Below, piece by piece: positions 1-14,084 of a stretch of DNA of 64,000 nt. The position numbers and the translations under genes were made by a program. The DNA is from Octopus vulgaris (lineage: Eukaryota): NCBI GenBank assembly GCA_951406725.2, contig OX597825.1:87668001-87732000 (forward strand), in the 5' to 3' direction. The notes beneath the pieces were generated by a model. The model was not told where the DNA came from. It saw only the letters and a list, made by a program, of their open reading frames with translations, and did no database searches. Within the stretch, counting starts at the first letter, position 1; the number at the start of each line of letters is the position of its first letter.

Positions 1-56
<56 letters not shown>

Positions 57-909
57 TGTGTGTGTGTCTGTGCGTGTATCAATAATCTGATTTAAAAACA
101 CCATTTAGCTTTTATACGGAAGAAATTTTAATCAGAATGTTGTAAGGAAAAAAACAGTAAAATAGAAACGTGTAAAGGCTTCCGGAAAGTCTTTATGTTC
201 ATCTCTATCTTCTCAGAAGGTTGTTCGGTGTTAGATAAAATGATATCATATTACGAGAAACATGACGTTAATTTCAAAACTTTCAGCTGGAAAAAGAAAA
301 GATTTCTTATTCCTTCATGTTTTGCAAACCACTTTAATAAAACTATCAAGTATACAAGTCCTAGCAATAAATAGTTGACTGAACAATGATAAATTTCCAT
401 CTCTGCACCATCATCTCTCAGTAAAAGAGAATGACTTTTGTGCTCTTTATGTGATCACGAAAGTAGAATTTTGATAGAATAATAACCTTAATAACATTAA
501 AGACATGGGGAACATTTTGATTTTGTATCCTCTAAGGTGAGAGAGCAGATCTCTTAAGGTTCTGCACTGCTCTCCGCAGGGACATGGGACTGAAAAAGAA
601 CCCTAAAATAAAGCCGACACATTGGAACTTGCCATATCACCGCTCCTGGCCGTTTACCAAAAGTTACTGGAAAAGAAACAAGAAAGCAAATGTTTTGATG
701 TGGGATCACGTGCTGAAACTAAAACACTTGCAGCATGGCAGGCATAAGTTAGTCATTCAGAGGCAAACAATGGCCATTACCTTCACTTAAACCTTCATTC
801 GTAAAAATGGTATCAAAAGTTTTGTTGACTGAAACGGCGACGAAAACTTTATGTTTCTAAACTTTTAACTTATATCCTCCATGCTGTAATCATAATCTAA
901 ATCTATACA

Positions 910-1420
910 CAACCCCCAAAACTGGGAAATTAATCCTCTGCTAATGGAATTCCTATGACATTGCAAGACAGCAACCGGAGACTAGAGCGTAGACTTGCTC
1001 TCATGAGCAGAACACTGAGCAGATACAACAATTGCATTGAGAGACAGGTCCGCTACAGGAGGTCGGCGCAGGTCAAACATTCTTCTGGATAAATAAATCC
1101 CAAAAGGATCCCAGACGAGCAAGTACAGGCTTTGCTACACGATCTCAGACGCTACTCACCGTCGAGAGAAATCAGTGTCTCATGATCTTACACTTGGAAT
1201 TGTAAGATAACCATTTGTTGTTACGTCCCAACGATCAGCCAAACTAAAGAAACCAAGGAAGCGTTCTGTGACGACGTATATTCATTTGAGTGCCATACAT
1301 GGACAAGCTTGTTCTCCCGGGGGACATTAATGCTGTGTTGGCAGGGGGTGATTCTACGTGGAAAGGAGACAACATGGCATTGGAAGGGAGAACTCTAATG
1401 CTCATCTGCTCCCGACAAAA
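910..1420 (+). mobile_element. Decayed RTE (BovB-like) LINE fragment, APE endonuclease N-terminal region
   Basis: Interrupted reading gives WNSYDI.., DSNRRLERRLALMSRTLSRYN and LQEVGAGQTFFWINKSQKDPRRASTGFA, resembling the RTE APE motifs PERRTALVARELARYN / EVGAGYTFFWSG / GVGFA. ORF 1290-1487 has DKLVLPGDINA (GDFNA motif). Multiple frameshifts. Confidence 0.7.
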
Positions 1421-1547
1421 AGTACACGGACAGACAGACAGACAAGAAATATGTATAATTATATTTGTGTTTCGTAGGTCTGTTTAGATTTAAAGACGTG
1501 AAAATGATAGACAGTGTATATGATGAAGTACTTCGATAAAATATATT

Positions 1548-1746
1548 GGTTCCTAATTTTGGCACAGGGCCAGCAATTTTTTTAGATAGGACGTAAGTCG
1601 ATTAAGCTGATCCCAGTGCTCAGCTGCTACTTATTTTTTCGACCCCGAAGGGATGAAAGTCGACTTCGGTGAAATTTGAACACAAATCGTAAAATCGGAC
1701 GAAATGCTGCTAAGCACTTTCCGTGTTCTGTCAGTTCCTCGCCTTA
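1548..1746 (-). mobile_element. tRNA-derived SINE, family A (decayed)
   Basis: Shares the core gtcgac..ctttcatcc.ttcggggtcga..aa.aagta.cag with copies at 29856, 31075, 34103 and 53188. B-box-like gtgttcaaatttc on the minus strand. Confidence 0.8.
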
Positions 1747-2089
1747 CTTCGAGAAGATATTAACATTTATATTTTCAATTACAGGAATCAAAAAGTTTCT
1801 ATGAAATGTCATTCTTGGAAAAATCTTGAAATCGATATTTTTTTCTAATTTGATCTCTGAATACTAACCTGATATTGCACATATTATGTTAATTTCTTTA
1901 CCATTCACCTGCTCTGTACTATGATACTGAATGTACACCTGGTACAACATATAAATTTCTTATCTATTTTTCTTCAAACGTTTTAGCAAATATAACGTGA
2001 TTACATACATTATACACACGCGCTGTCATTGATATAAAACGATGTCATTGTATACATTGAAAAGGTGTGGGCCCGAAACGTTGCCTTTG

Positions 2090-2960
2090 AGGGACGACTC
2101 CACTGATGACACTTGCTGAGCATGATCGAACTCCATCTATCGTAACATTCTGGCGTCTGTTCAACAGAAAACAGTCAATCCACTTAAAAAGCTTCCTTCA
2201 GACTCCAAGGTTCGATATCTTTTTAACAAGATGTTATGTTCAACCTTGTCAAAGGTATTGCTGAAGTCGAATTAGATGACATTGCGTTGAAGCTTTAACC
2301 CAGATCCTTTAAGATGCCATCGAAGTGATACAAGAGCTGTGATAAGTACGCCCTGCAACTTCAGAAACCATGCATGTTGGAAATAATTAGCTTGTTTCTT
2401 CCCCGGAAATGAGCTACTCGAGATCTCACCACTCGCTCAAATAATTTGACGATAAATGAGATAGGTTGGTAATTCACAGACATTGATTAGCTACCCTTTT
2501 TGAAAACTGGGACAATCAACCGTGATACGAAATTTTCAGGAATATGGCCAGCGTCCAGTGGTTTCACTGAAAGAAAAGAATGTCCATTGATGACGGCAAA
2601 CTATTCAGGGCTCTAGTAGGGAACCGGTCGGGGCCTGCAGCTGAATTGTTTGTGATTTTGTTAATATCAGCTATGATATGCGAGGTGTCAAGTGATATAT
2701 CGAATAAAGTGTACAGTCACCGATGCTGTCAGGATTAACCATGTTGGGATTGCTGATTGAGGATCAGTATTGCTTCTGTAGAATCTCAACCATGTCTTCT
2801 GCACCCCTATGTTCAATGGCATCTTCATCATCAGAGTCTGACAGATGATACAGCAGCCTTATGCTTTTTGGCGAATGCAATGAGAACTTTGAGATTGACT
2901 TTTATTTTGTCAGTGGCCTAATTTTCTTCTGCGGTTCTTTGACTATTGATGATAATTTTC
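2090..2960 (-). mobile_element. Decayed CR1/Jockey-group LINE reverse transcriptase fragment
   Basis: Minus strand reads NVI*FDFSNTFDKVEH (YLDFSKAFDKVDH-like), AAGPDRFP (SPGPD motif), PSFQKG and KIKSISKFSLHSPK (KxNPKxFYxY-like). Similar to the element at 39900-40470. Confidence 0.7.
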
Positions 2961-4080
2961 ATGCAGTTTTAGAGGTTCCATCATGCAACTTATCTTAGGC
3001 CTCTATTGGTCAGCGCAGACCGAGTGGCGTTATTAGTTTGGAAGCAATATTAGATCCACGTAGTCGGAAAGTATTTTGGTAGGTAGATGTCACGGCCATG
3101 TCTGGATGTAGTGGTATTGTCGCTAACACCCACTCACGCCCTGAAATACATACCCCATCATGCAATTCCTGAACTTGTATCACCGGCTGACTGAGAGGAT
3201 CCTGCCTATCCACAGTTGCGGCCTATAGATCCACTCTTACACGAGCATATCAGTCAATGGCATCAAAGGAATGTACACACAGCATATTAAGTGATAGGAA
3301 GAACTCATAGACAGGGAAAACTCCACCTCTCTGTGCATTTTATCTTGAGACACCGTGACCACTGGAACAAATTCCCCGGCACGGAATGGAGTGTCATTGG
3401 CAGAGCCCTTCCCTAATTAACTGGAGGTCGCAATTGCCAAATCTGCCTCGACTACATATTGCACATAACCCACCAATCAACAGCACCCATCAACAAGCAG
3501 AATAAACTATCTTACTGTTGCCACGAGAGTTATGACCAGTTAATAAACTCCAAATCTCTGGTAACCAACCATGTAGATACACCATCTTAGGTATTTGTGT
3601 TCTAATCACTTAAACCCTGCCGGACGTGTAGACTACTTCACCTTCCATGTTGTCAATCCAATCTTAGCATTACCAAATTCTAATCCAGCACCAGCAAATC
3701 TGTTACTGCCACGGAAAGTATGTCACCGCTAGTTACATTGTTAGTCGTCCACTAACCCCACCAAGTAGCAAGCAAATCCAACAAGCCATGCCACCAAATA
3801 AAAATATACCGCAGCCTCACGTGGACCTCAGAACGAAGATCTGATGTTGCTTCCAAACTAATAACACCGTTTGATCTGAGCTGACCAATAGAGGCCTGAC
3901 AGACAGAAGCCAAATTCAATTTGTCTCATTTCTTGTTACTTGATTTCCAAATGCCAGAGGAGCTACGTTCATTCTACTAGCAGACGAAAGTTTAAGCTGC
4001 CTGCGAGGAGGTCAAACGATTATTGAATAATACAAGGATACAGTACCGTGTGTGTTCAGTATCACACTCTTTTGTATGCG

Positions 4081-4367
<287 letters not shown>

Positions 4368-5130
4368 TTAGGTTCATATATATAATCACAAAAGATTAAG
4401 AAATCTACGTATATAAATAAGTTTTATGTATATAACTGACAGATGAATATTCCGGAACATTACGAGAAGTGAGGCATTAGCATATAATTGCAATGTCCGC
4501 AAGAAAAAGAAAAACTTGGAATAGCAAACGTCCCACAAAAGTCTCTTTTAAAGCGTTATATTAATGGGCAACGCCAGTGCTTTTTTATGCAACTTTAAAA
4601 AATATTCTCGGTCGATATTGCGCAAATCTATCATGTTGACAGCATTGGCATAAGACAAATCCACGAACAGTCTTTTATTGTTTTACAAAAATGTGTCAGA
4701 AAGAGGAAATTTTTTCATTTGCAAACTCAATATTTGCTAAGTTTACGATTAACTGCTTTATGCTTTATGTTGTTTATATGATAAAGTGCTTTTAGAATAA
4801 CTCATTAGGGCAACATTTGAACAACTCTGTGACGTAATCGGGGGAATATATTTCTTTTATTGACATCATTTTTCCTGTTGCCATAGATATACAAATACTA
4901 AGATAGAATTCGCTTTTTTTTCATTTTCGTAGCCCTTATTGAAATGTTTTTCTTGGATCAATTATTGAGCATTCATGGAATTCTGTTACCGAGTGTCTCC
5001 TTATCCCCAAAGCAACAAATGCCACACACACACACATACACAACACACACACACACACACAAGCACCCCCACAAATATACGCACACACACACACAAGTTT
5101 TCCTATATATATATATATACATACACATAC

Positions 5131-5303
5131 TTTATTAAGAAGTAGCAAAAATATCACAAAAACTGTTACTCTGAGTTTCACGTTCCCGTTCGTTGGATAG
5201 TTTTGGTTAGAATTTTAGCTGATTTTTAAGAAAAGCATATTACTCTACCTCTGGTATTCGAGTACTATTTTCCCACCTTGTTTCGCATTTATGTACTGGC
5301 TCT

Positions 5304-5306
<3 letters not shown>
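5131..5306 (-). mobile_element. Short microsatellite-embedded element (putative solo PLE pseudo-LTR) with a decayed hammerhead
   Basis: About 175 bp of unique sequence between CA/TA tracts; contains the HHR-like fold at 5159-5204. Confidence 0.55.
5159..5204 (-). ncRNA. Degenerate minimal type-I hammerhead ribozyme
   Basis: Minus strand: aaaactat-CCAACGA-acg(ggaa)cgt-GAAA-ctc(a)gag-TA-acagtttt. Stem I 7/8 bp, stems II and III pair, core has 2 mismatches to CUGANGA. Confidence 0.6.
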
Positions 5307-5358
<52 letters not shown>

Positions 5359-5361
<3 letters not shown>

Positions 5362-5574
5362 AAAACGGTAAGATAACAAAAGAAAGAAAGAGACCTCAAT
5401 ATTATGTAAATAGAGGAAATTTATCTATACAATATGTTACATTACTCGGTAGTCAGATAGAACTCTGAGTTTCAGATGCGAAGTGAAATCCACAACACCA
5501 TCTCTTCGGTTATCTGGCTATGAAAACGTTATGAAAAAATTTTTTCATAACGTTTTCAAATATACCATGGTGTT
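5359..5574 (-). mobile_element. Short (TA)n-flanked element (putative solo PLE pseudo-LTR) with a decayed hammerhead
   Basis: Unique sequence bounded by (TA)n on both sides; HHR-like fold at 5450-5520. Confidence 0.55.
5450..5520 (-). ncRNA. Degenerate minimal type-I hammerhead ribozyme
   Basis: Minus strand: tagccagataa-CCGAAGA-gatg...catc(t)-GAAA-ctc(a)gag-TT-ctatctgacta. Stem I 9/11 bp, core has 1 mismatch, stem II is off by one nucleotide. Confidence 0.6.
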
Positions 5575-5945
<371 letters not shown>

Positions 5946-8900
5946 GTCTACCACAACCATAATCGGCTTTTACATAAACGGATGCAAAATGATTTGTGTT
6001 CGTAAATCAGGGACACTTTCTATTCTGCAAATGGATTACTGAACATAGCAGTCATAAATCATTAATCTATTTCTTGCTTTCCAGCAGATAATCATGGAGA
6101 GCAGTAGTTCGTACAAATATGTACACAGGCATCCACATAGATTCTTTCTTATTCTTCTCGTTGCTTTGTTATTGGTCTGAGACGAAGCTGAGTCAATCGT
6201 TTCTACTGGGAGGCAAGCATAGCCACCGCACCACTTCACTCTCTTCACCTACGAGTGTACGTATGTGTGCCTGCTGTATGCCAGTGTGTTTATTTTTATG
6301 CACGTACATATATATGCTATGTTTTCCATTCAAAAATCCATGAATGTGTATATTCATTTACTCACACATATATGTGTGTATATACATGGTTACAGCTATA
6401 TGCATGAAGCTATCTGTATGTGTGTGTGTGTATACCCACCCATTACACAAATAAGTACAATCAATTCGATGTACAATGCCGCTAATTTATACAGAAGCTG
6501 ACACTTATTCAATTTCAGAATGTATAAAATAGAATTTTTGTAAGAACGAGTGTTTGTGCATGTTTATCTAAACGGGGGTGAATGTGTTTTTTGTTTCTTT
6601 TTTACAGTGATACACAAATGTGGTTGTGTTTGCGTCTGAAAACAATCAAGAGTTGGCATTCGTTTAATATCAGGGCCTTATTAAACCATGATAACACGAT
6701 TCTGTATCCAATATATTCGTTACCTGAACAGCGACACATGAAAACCTCTTCTTCGGCAGATTAACAACAACACTCATATATTCACACAAACACGCACCAT
6801 GTGTAAGTGTGTCTCTGTGTGTGTATGTGTGTGTATGTTTGTGCGTGTATGTATGTGTGTGTGTGTTTTTGCGTGTATGTGTAGAACAACGTTTGCACAT
6901 GCAGAATTGTTAGAACGGGTGAATAAACGTTAAGTTTCGGAGAATTCAATTAGCATTCTTTAAATTTTGAATTATAGTCTATTCCGAATTCCAGCGTTTT
7001 GCTAGTGTTATATTAGTTGAGTCAATGATTTATCTCCAATGATTCTTGCATACTGGTTGCATTTCTTTCAGGAAATCTATTTCTAAATACCTTATCATTA
7101 TAATTTAATCGCAATATTTCTTTACCGTATTACATTTGTTTATCGTGTTTATAAATTTGACCTTGCATTATATAATTTGCGTCAGAAGTCAAATAATGGC
7201 AACTGAATTGAGAGAGAAAATCCGTCAGTTTATCCAGCTGGTCAATGCACTTTGTGTTGTATGAATTCCAAACATTATATATAGTTTCCGTTTAAACATC
7301 ATGTCAGCAAGTTTTGTTTGTTAAATGCTAAACCAAAACATACAAACAGTAATGTGGCTTAAATCAAAAATCATTTAAGAGAGAAATTTGGTTTAAATGT
7401 ACAGAAGAAATAAAAAAAAAGACTTAAATTTAATTGTTGATATTTTACCTCGTTATCCTCATAAAAATCGTTTGCTCATTCGTTCGAATGATTAGCAAGG
7501 ATTATAATCCTGCTAATATTCTCATAATCTCTGCTAAATTCACAGCATATTAACACCACGTGCAGCCGGTAATATATCGATGTTTTATGCCTTCCAGCTC
7601 GGCAGAACTTCAATTTCAATCTTGGTTTCAGTTGGTTCGGGTTATTTATGCGTTGCTCTGAAACAGAAAATATTTCAATGATTTTTAGTAATAATTCTTC
7701 GAGAATTACTCTTTTGTTACATGCAATATTGGTACTGCAACATATTTCATTTTTCCTTGCTACTAGTTATTCATAATTTATGCAGTGTAATTCACAAATT
7801 ACCTTTGTTATTAATTACTTTCCGACTTAACAGTGACACACGTGTTTTAGCAGCTCGTGGTCATTTTCTATCGTAGGTTTTTTTTAATATAATTTATTCA
7901 ATGGTTAGCAGCGCCAGATTCTCACTGTGAAGATAAAAGAAAGCTATCTTTATATAGTTCTTCAGTTATAAATAACAGATCACCAGCCTTTAACTTTTGG
8001 TGCGAGAAATGATGCCTGAGTATTGATGTTCCACGACAATATATGTTCACGAATTCTCCCCTAAAGAATATGGGACGCTAACTCATGAAATAGACTACAG
8101 TAATAGAGAGACGGACTGTATGCACGAGGATTGTAATTAGAGATCTAGAACACACGCACACACACATTCACACACATATGTGTGTGTGTGTTTGAGTATG
8201 TGTGTGCGTACTTGTTTGCGTAAGTGTTTTGAATAAACATTGTAAAACTCGAAAAGATATTTAAAAGAAAGTAAATTTTTAGTAGCTTTAATGATTTTAA
8301 ACTGACAATGATTCACCCACAACTTTCCTCAGAAATTGTTCTCCAGTATTTCTGTAGAATTCCTGTTTCCGGTTCGTATTTTACTTGTATCTCCTCATTT
8401 ATTAAACTTACTGCGTCAGTAAATGAAGAGAGAGAAATTTACTTGTGAAATGTCAATCTCCTTTTACATACTTACTCATTTATCTAATTATATTTGAATC
8501 TGTATCTCACTATATCCACAAATACACTATAAATCTATTATCTTCAAAATGTCTGTGTTACGTTGCGAAACTGAACGGTTATCACGACTACATCAACAGG
8601 CCTGCTAAGTATGGATTGATATCTATGAAATATTAATCATATATAACTAACGGTGTGGCAGTAGCTGTTATTGAATCTCAAGTGACAGCTTTTTATTACA
8701 GATAAAGTGATCGGTTGACATTTAACATTGATTTACAAAATAATATGACAGAATGCGTTAATGGTTTTTATTTTTTAATCGCTAAGTTATCACATCATAA
8801 AATTTAATACTCTTGGGCTTAATGATAATGGCTAATTAGAAATATCACTTGTAGCACGTAAAATATCAGATATCTGGAAATTCTGGCTACATTGGAAGAA

Positions 8901-9189
8901 ATAATTGCGAAAAAATTTGTCTTGTTTTTAATACTTTTGGAAGAATTGCTGGAATGCAAAAATATAGTTTCCTGGGTCTGTTGGTTTGGAGAAATATAAC
9001 GTTGTTGATAATGAACATTATGATTAAAATATTTATAATAAATATCATGTCATCAATAATAACAAAATCGCACCCACCACCAACAACGACAGCAATAAGT
9101 TGATGATGATGATGACGATAACGACGACAATAACAATCATATTAGAAACTCGGTCTCTCAATTCGTTTTCGACATTGCGCTCATTAGCT

Positions 9190-10612
9190 GACAAACATAT
9201 TAAGACAATCAACGACCTGCGTAAAGCAGGAAAAATCCATCTGCTATATTCGGATGACCTCAAAGTGTCCACCAAAAACTCTTGTCCAACCCATAAGATT
9301 ATTTTGCAAGGATATCGGCATGCAGTTTGGGTTGAAGGAGTGTATATCATTAATAACGAAGAAAGGCTGAAAGGTTAAATCTGATGATGCAAATATACTA
9401 CAAAATGATATCATATGGTGACCGATAGATAAAAGGAAGTATACAAAGACCTAAGGATGTTGCAGAGTAGTAAAATAAAAGTAAATAGGAGCAGGATTAA
9501 GAATGTGCTCGAAACAAAAACTAAATGAAGGGAATGTTATTAAAGCGGTGAATCCATAGGCCTTGTCTAATGTGGAAAAAAAAAACGACATCTACCGGAA
9601 TTAGAAGAACTAGATTGTTGCTTAAATTGCATACTGCAAAGCACCTGTAGTGTAATATCGACATACTCTATATACCAACTGAATAGGCAGAAATGCAGGA
9701 GATAATATTGGTGCTTTGATACCGGGTTTCGTTTCAAACGTTGTGTTGTACGTGGTGAAGAAAAATGATTATCTGAATCGGAAATAGCAAAAAAATAAGG
9801 GAAATCATAAACCGAAACAGGAACGAGATGAAAAAAAGCTGGAAAGGGATGGGATTACAAGAGACATTGATGCAACAAAACGAGAAAGTTAAATAAGTTG
9901 AACGCTGCTTATGAATAACTGATGGCAACCTGAAAGGAGAAACTGAATCGCTGAGTATAGCTGCCCATAGGAACAAGCCATTAGAACGAATTCTATAGTG
10001 ACAAATTGAATCAGTGAGTAAATACTGAACGTGTGGAAAACGTGACGTAAGCAGTGGCAATTCAGCTGAGTACACAATATTAGCAGAAAAACAACAGTAT
10101 AACGTTGGGCATAACTTTATTGGTAAGAGAGCACATTGTGTTGAGAGTCAATTTTGTGGTTTCGGATTGCTGGAAATGTAGAATAAACACGTGAGACAGT
10201 CACACGGATTTGTTATTACAGGATTTCAATAATTTCTCCATTGCGACTGACCATAATATTGAAGCCTGTTAATGAGGTATGACTAGAAAACAGTACCGAA
10301 TGAAAGTAGAATGGATACGAAGGAGAGTAAGAAAGCTGGAAACAATTACGAACTAAGCTGAGAGAAGAAGGGATGTTGGAAGGTAAAGGGGAAGGGGTGT
10401 TCATGCAGCCGTTGCTGCATTTTGGTATAACAACCAGACTAGTACACAATGGACTCAATGTAATTGAGACTCATATTGTCCACCTGCTGGCGGGTGACAT
10501 TCTATAATGCGAAAGAAACCTTGATTCTTGAATTCATTCTGGAGATTTGAGGAGAATTTATTGTCCTCAAACATCCGGTTGCTTATGAAATCGGCTTGAA
10601 ATTCCTTTTGTA
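9190..10612 (+). mobile_element. Decayed R4/Dong-like RLE non-LTR retrotransposon (RT to 3' end), ending in a (TAA)n tract
   Basis: KIHLLYSDDLKV (HLLYMDDLK motif); LNEGNVIKAVNP*A; LKGETESLSIAA..QAIRTN; CCHC remnant C*TCGK. The 3' end runs into (TAA)n at 10612. Confidence 0.65.
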
Positions 10613-10662
10613 TAATAATAATAATAATAATAATAATGATGATGATGATGATGTTGATGATG

Positions 10663-10703
<41 letters not shown>

Positions 10704-10766
10704 CATAATAATAATAATGTTAGGATTCTTTTCTCTTCCAACAGTCTAATCTGTTGAGTGTATATG

Positions 10767-10839
<73 letters not shown>

Positions 10840-10870
10840 ATTATAATAATAATCATAATAATAATAATAT
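10612..10870. repeat. (TAA)n/(TGA)n/(CTA)n trinucleotide microsatellites
   Basis: Directly visible. Confidence 0.95.
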
Positions 10871-10879
10871 GTAAAATCA

Positions 10880-11572
10880 TCATAAAAACATACCTTTGGA
10901 TTGGATTGGCATTAAGAAGGTATATGATATGATGCCTTATTCTTAGATCGTTGAATGCCAGCAGATGTTTGGTGTTGCTGAAAACATCACAAATTTCTGA
11001 TGCATAGCATAAAGAGTGGAAGACCAAATTGTACTCAAGTAATGTATTCCTCGGAGAAGTTAATATTAAAAAGGGAACCTTCCAAGGTGAATCGTTTCCC
11101 CCATTACTATTTGTAATCGCACTAGTAACCATAACATTGACACTTGGGAAAGCTAAGATAGGTTACCGATGTGGGGGGAAAGGCCCATCATTGGACCATC
11201 CTCTGTTTATGGATGACCTGAAATTGTTTGGGAAATCTGACAAAAAGATAAATTCCTTAACCAAAACAGTCCCGAAATGTGATAGGGATATCGGTATGGA
11301 ATTTTGGATTACCAAATGCTCAGTACTTAATATGGAAAGAGGTAAGAAAGCAGCCTGCAGACGATTGCAGTTACCATCAAGAGGGAACATGGGTGACCCG
11401 ACGGTAGTGGGTATAGATATTTAGGGATTTTGGAGCTGGATGACATTCTACACAGAAATGAAAGTCAAGATGAGCGAGGCGTATCAAATAAGGGTGAAGA
11501 CGGTGTTGAAATCCAACCTGAATGCAAAAATTCTGATTACCGCAATGAATATCTGGGCAGTTGCGGTGGTCT
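10880..11572 (+). mobile_element. R4/Dong-like RT fragment (pseudogenised)
   Basis: ORF 11029-11424: IKKGTFQGESFPPLLFVIAL...HPLFMDDLKLFGKS...DIGMEFWITKCSVL. Downstream: RVKTVLKSNLNAKxLITAMNIWAVAVV. Interrupted by a SINE. Confidence 0.85.
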
Positions 11573-11574
11573 GA

Positions 11575-11838
11575 TAAGAATTTCATTCGGCGTGTCAGCG
11601 GTTCTGCCAGTTCGCTGCTTTAGTTTCAAAGCCAGGCACGGGGCCAGCAGTATGTGAGGGGAAGGGAAAGTCGATTGCTTCGATGCTCGCACTTGGTCGG
11701 CCCTCATTTTGATTGACCGAGAAAGGATGGAAGGCAAATGAACATCGGTGGAATTTGAAATGACAACGTAAAGACGCACGAATTGATGCTGAGTATTTCG
11801 CCCGATGTATAAACCATTCTGCCTGCCAGACGCCTTAC
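11575..11838 (-). mobile_element. SINE family A copies (decayed, partial tandem)
   Basis: aaaggatggaaggcaaa..atcggtggaatttgaa and ttctgccagttcgc match the other family A copies. Confidence 0.7.
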
Positions 11839-11899
11839 ATTGGTTGAGAATAACACCACTTTGAATTTTGTAATCCATCATCCTGCACATACAAAAGTT

Positions 11900-13800
11900 C
11901 CAGTCGCTGCCAATACACAAATATGATTTATAACAAGATTAGTAGAGAAGTGTACAAAAAGTACCGAAAATCCAGCGCAGAAGACTTCGCTGGAATTTAC
12001 ACCAGACAGAAAGAATCTAATGAAAGAGATTTGAGTCGTGCAAATAAAGCCAACACCGTCGGATAGGAGTATGAGGCTGTTTTACATTTATAGTGCTACA
12101 TGGTTATAACTTCAACGGAAACTACAACTGATACAACATTTTGGAGGGAAATGTTCGTTCGATATCCAAGCGTTATTAGATGACTTGCGAAGAAAAACTT
12201 GTGAAATAGAATAGAATATCAAAAATCGAAATGAAAATGGAAAATATGGAACATATAACGAAAACTGAAATACCAAAAGTGAATTAAACGATAAAATATA
12301 GAATACGTTCTGATAGAAATGCAAAGCATGGAAAACCAATAAATATATAAAAGACAACAAAATGAATTGTACGAACACTGACCAAAAAGTGAACTGATAT
12401 TAAAAAAAATTGGGAGAAGATTGTAGAAAAGAAATTCTAAAGATGAAAATCAGGAACATGACAACGGTGTGAATAATTAGAGAAGTAAAAACAAGGAATG
12501 AACTTTCGATGGACAATCTAAAGTATTTCCATGGAAGATAATAAAAAACGTTTTAGATGAAATATCAACAAGAAAAATAAGAAATCTGTCCATCGCAAAG
12601 TTAATGGTAAAATCAATATTACCAGTTAAGGAAATAATATATATATTTGTATATAAGATACTGTTGTTGGAAAATAAATTTGGCACACTCCAAGATTTAG
12701 ACATAGAGAAATATCGAAAATTCAAGGCAACAAGAAGTGAAATAAAGAGAGCGAGAAAGATAGTAAATAAGAGGAAAGATATTTCAATGATGAATGAAAT
12801 CAATGAAGAAAGAACCTAAGAGAAAGATTAGTGATAAGATGACAAAAAGAAGCATCTGAGACGAAAAAAAAAACGCCTGAAACAAGAGACAGTCGCAAAA
12901 TCATTACTGGAAATCGGAACGAAAAGCGAGCGAAATACTTTGAAGAAAATAAACAATTCCTTTCCTACCAAGAACTGTGTTATCAAGAATGATATTATCA
13001 AAAATAAAATAGATAACAACATAGCACCAGAAGCAAGTAAAGTAGAAGAATTTCAGTGAGAAATGTGGATAATGAAGGAATTACGAACTACAATATTGTT
13101 CAAAACAACGAAAGAGAATCAGAGGCCAAAAGTTGCCCCAGAAAATAGAGAAAAGACAGAAGGAAATTTAAAAAAATAAAAATGTTGAATAAAATGTTTA
13201 ACAGCAACACAACAAAAGTTTTAAGAGATGCTTACTAAGAGAATGATGAACCAGAAAAAGAAAATACGTAACTATATCTCCCAAGGTAAAACCGCTTTGA
13301 TTACTCAAAGCTAAATAAATCTGAAGACGTATAAGTTGCTAACTGTTAAAGCACTTTTGTACCGAATGTAGAGAATGAAGTTTAATAATCAATGGAGAAT
13401 ATGGTGTTGGTCGATATCCTCTGAAATATGTGGATAAAAACTAATGAACCTGACGTCTATATAAAGGACAGGAATGATGAAAAATGCGAAATATAATAAT
13501 ACATGCGAAATACTGCACAAAAATGGTAGTGAGAGGCTGATCAGGTACAAATTCCTGGAGATCAAAATCTATTGAATGTAGAATATGAAGACCGATATAA
13601 TACCAGTTGTCATTGGAGCCTCGGGTCACATCAAGAAAGGGTCTCGAGCAGCAGAGATACTTATGAACACCAAAAGTTCGCACTACAAAGAACAGTTCAC
13701 ATTAATATGGGGAGAGCTCCCTAGTGTGCTGCAGGACCAAAGTACTGATACTGCCCTACAGGGAAGAAAACAAGAAGTACAAAAGGAAGTACTAATAATA
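11900..13800 (+). mobile_element. Highly decayed R4/Dong-like element fragments
   Basis: A-rich sense strand; KYFEENKQFLSYQELCYQ (pre-RT region-like) and KTDIIPVVIGASGHIKKG (RLE C-terminal IPVVIGALG motif). Confidence 0.5.
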
Positions 13801-13907
13801 CTAGTTTGCAATTAGTAGACAAAGCGTACATCTTAAAGAAAGTACTTGACAGATGACTAAGGATTCCGGCGCATTTCTACCTACACTCTTTTACGGCGGA
13901 ATAATGA

Positions 13908-13963
<56 letters not shown>

Positions 13964-14084
13964 ATAATAATAATAATAATAATAACAACGATGATGGTGA
14001 TGGTGATGATGAGGATGATGATGAGGATGATGATGATAATAATAGTCTAATCTATTGAGTGTGTATGAATAATAATAATACCAA

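Noticed and set aside
2055-2135. gcccgaaacgtt followed by ctgatgac, resembling hammerhead halves
   Set aside because: No consistent stem I/II pairing could be built in any permutation.
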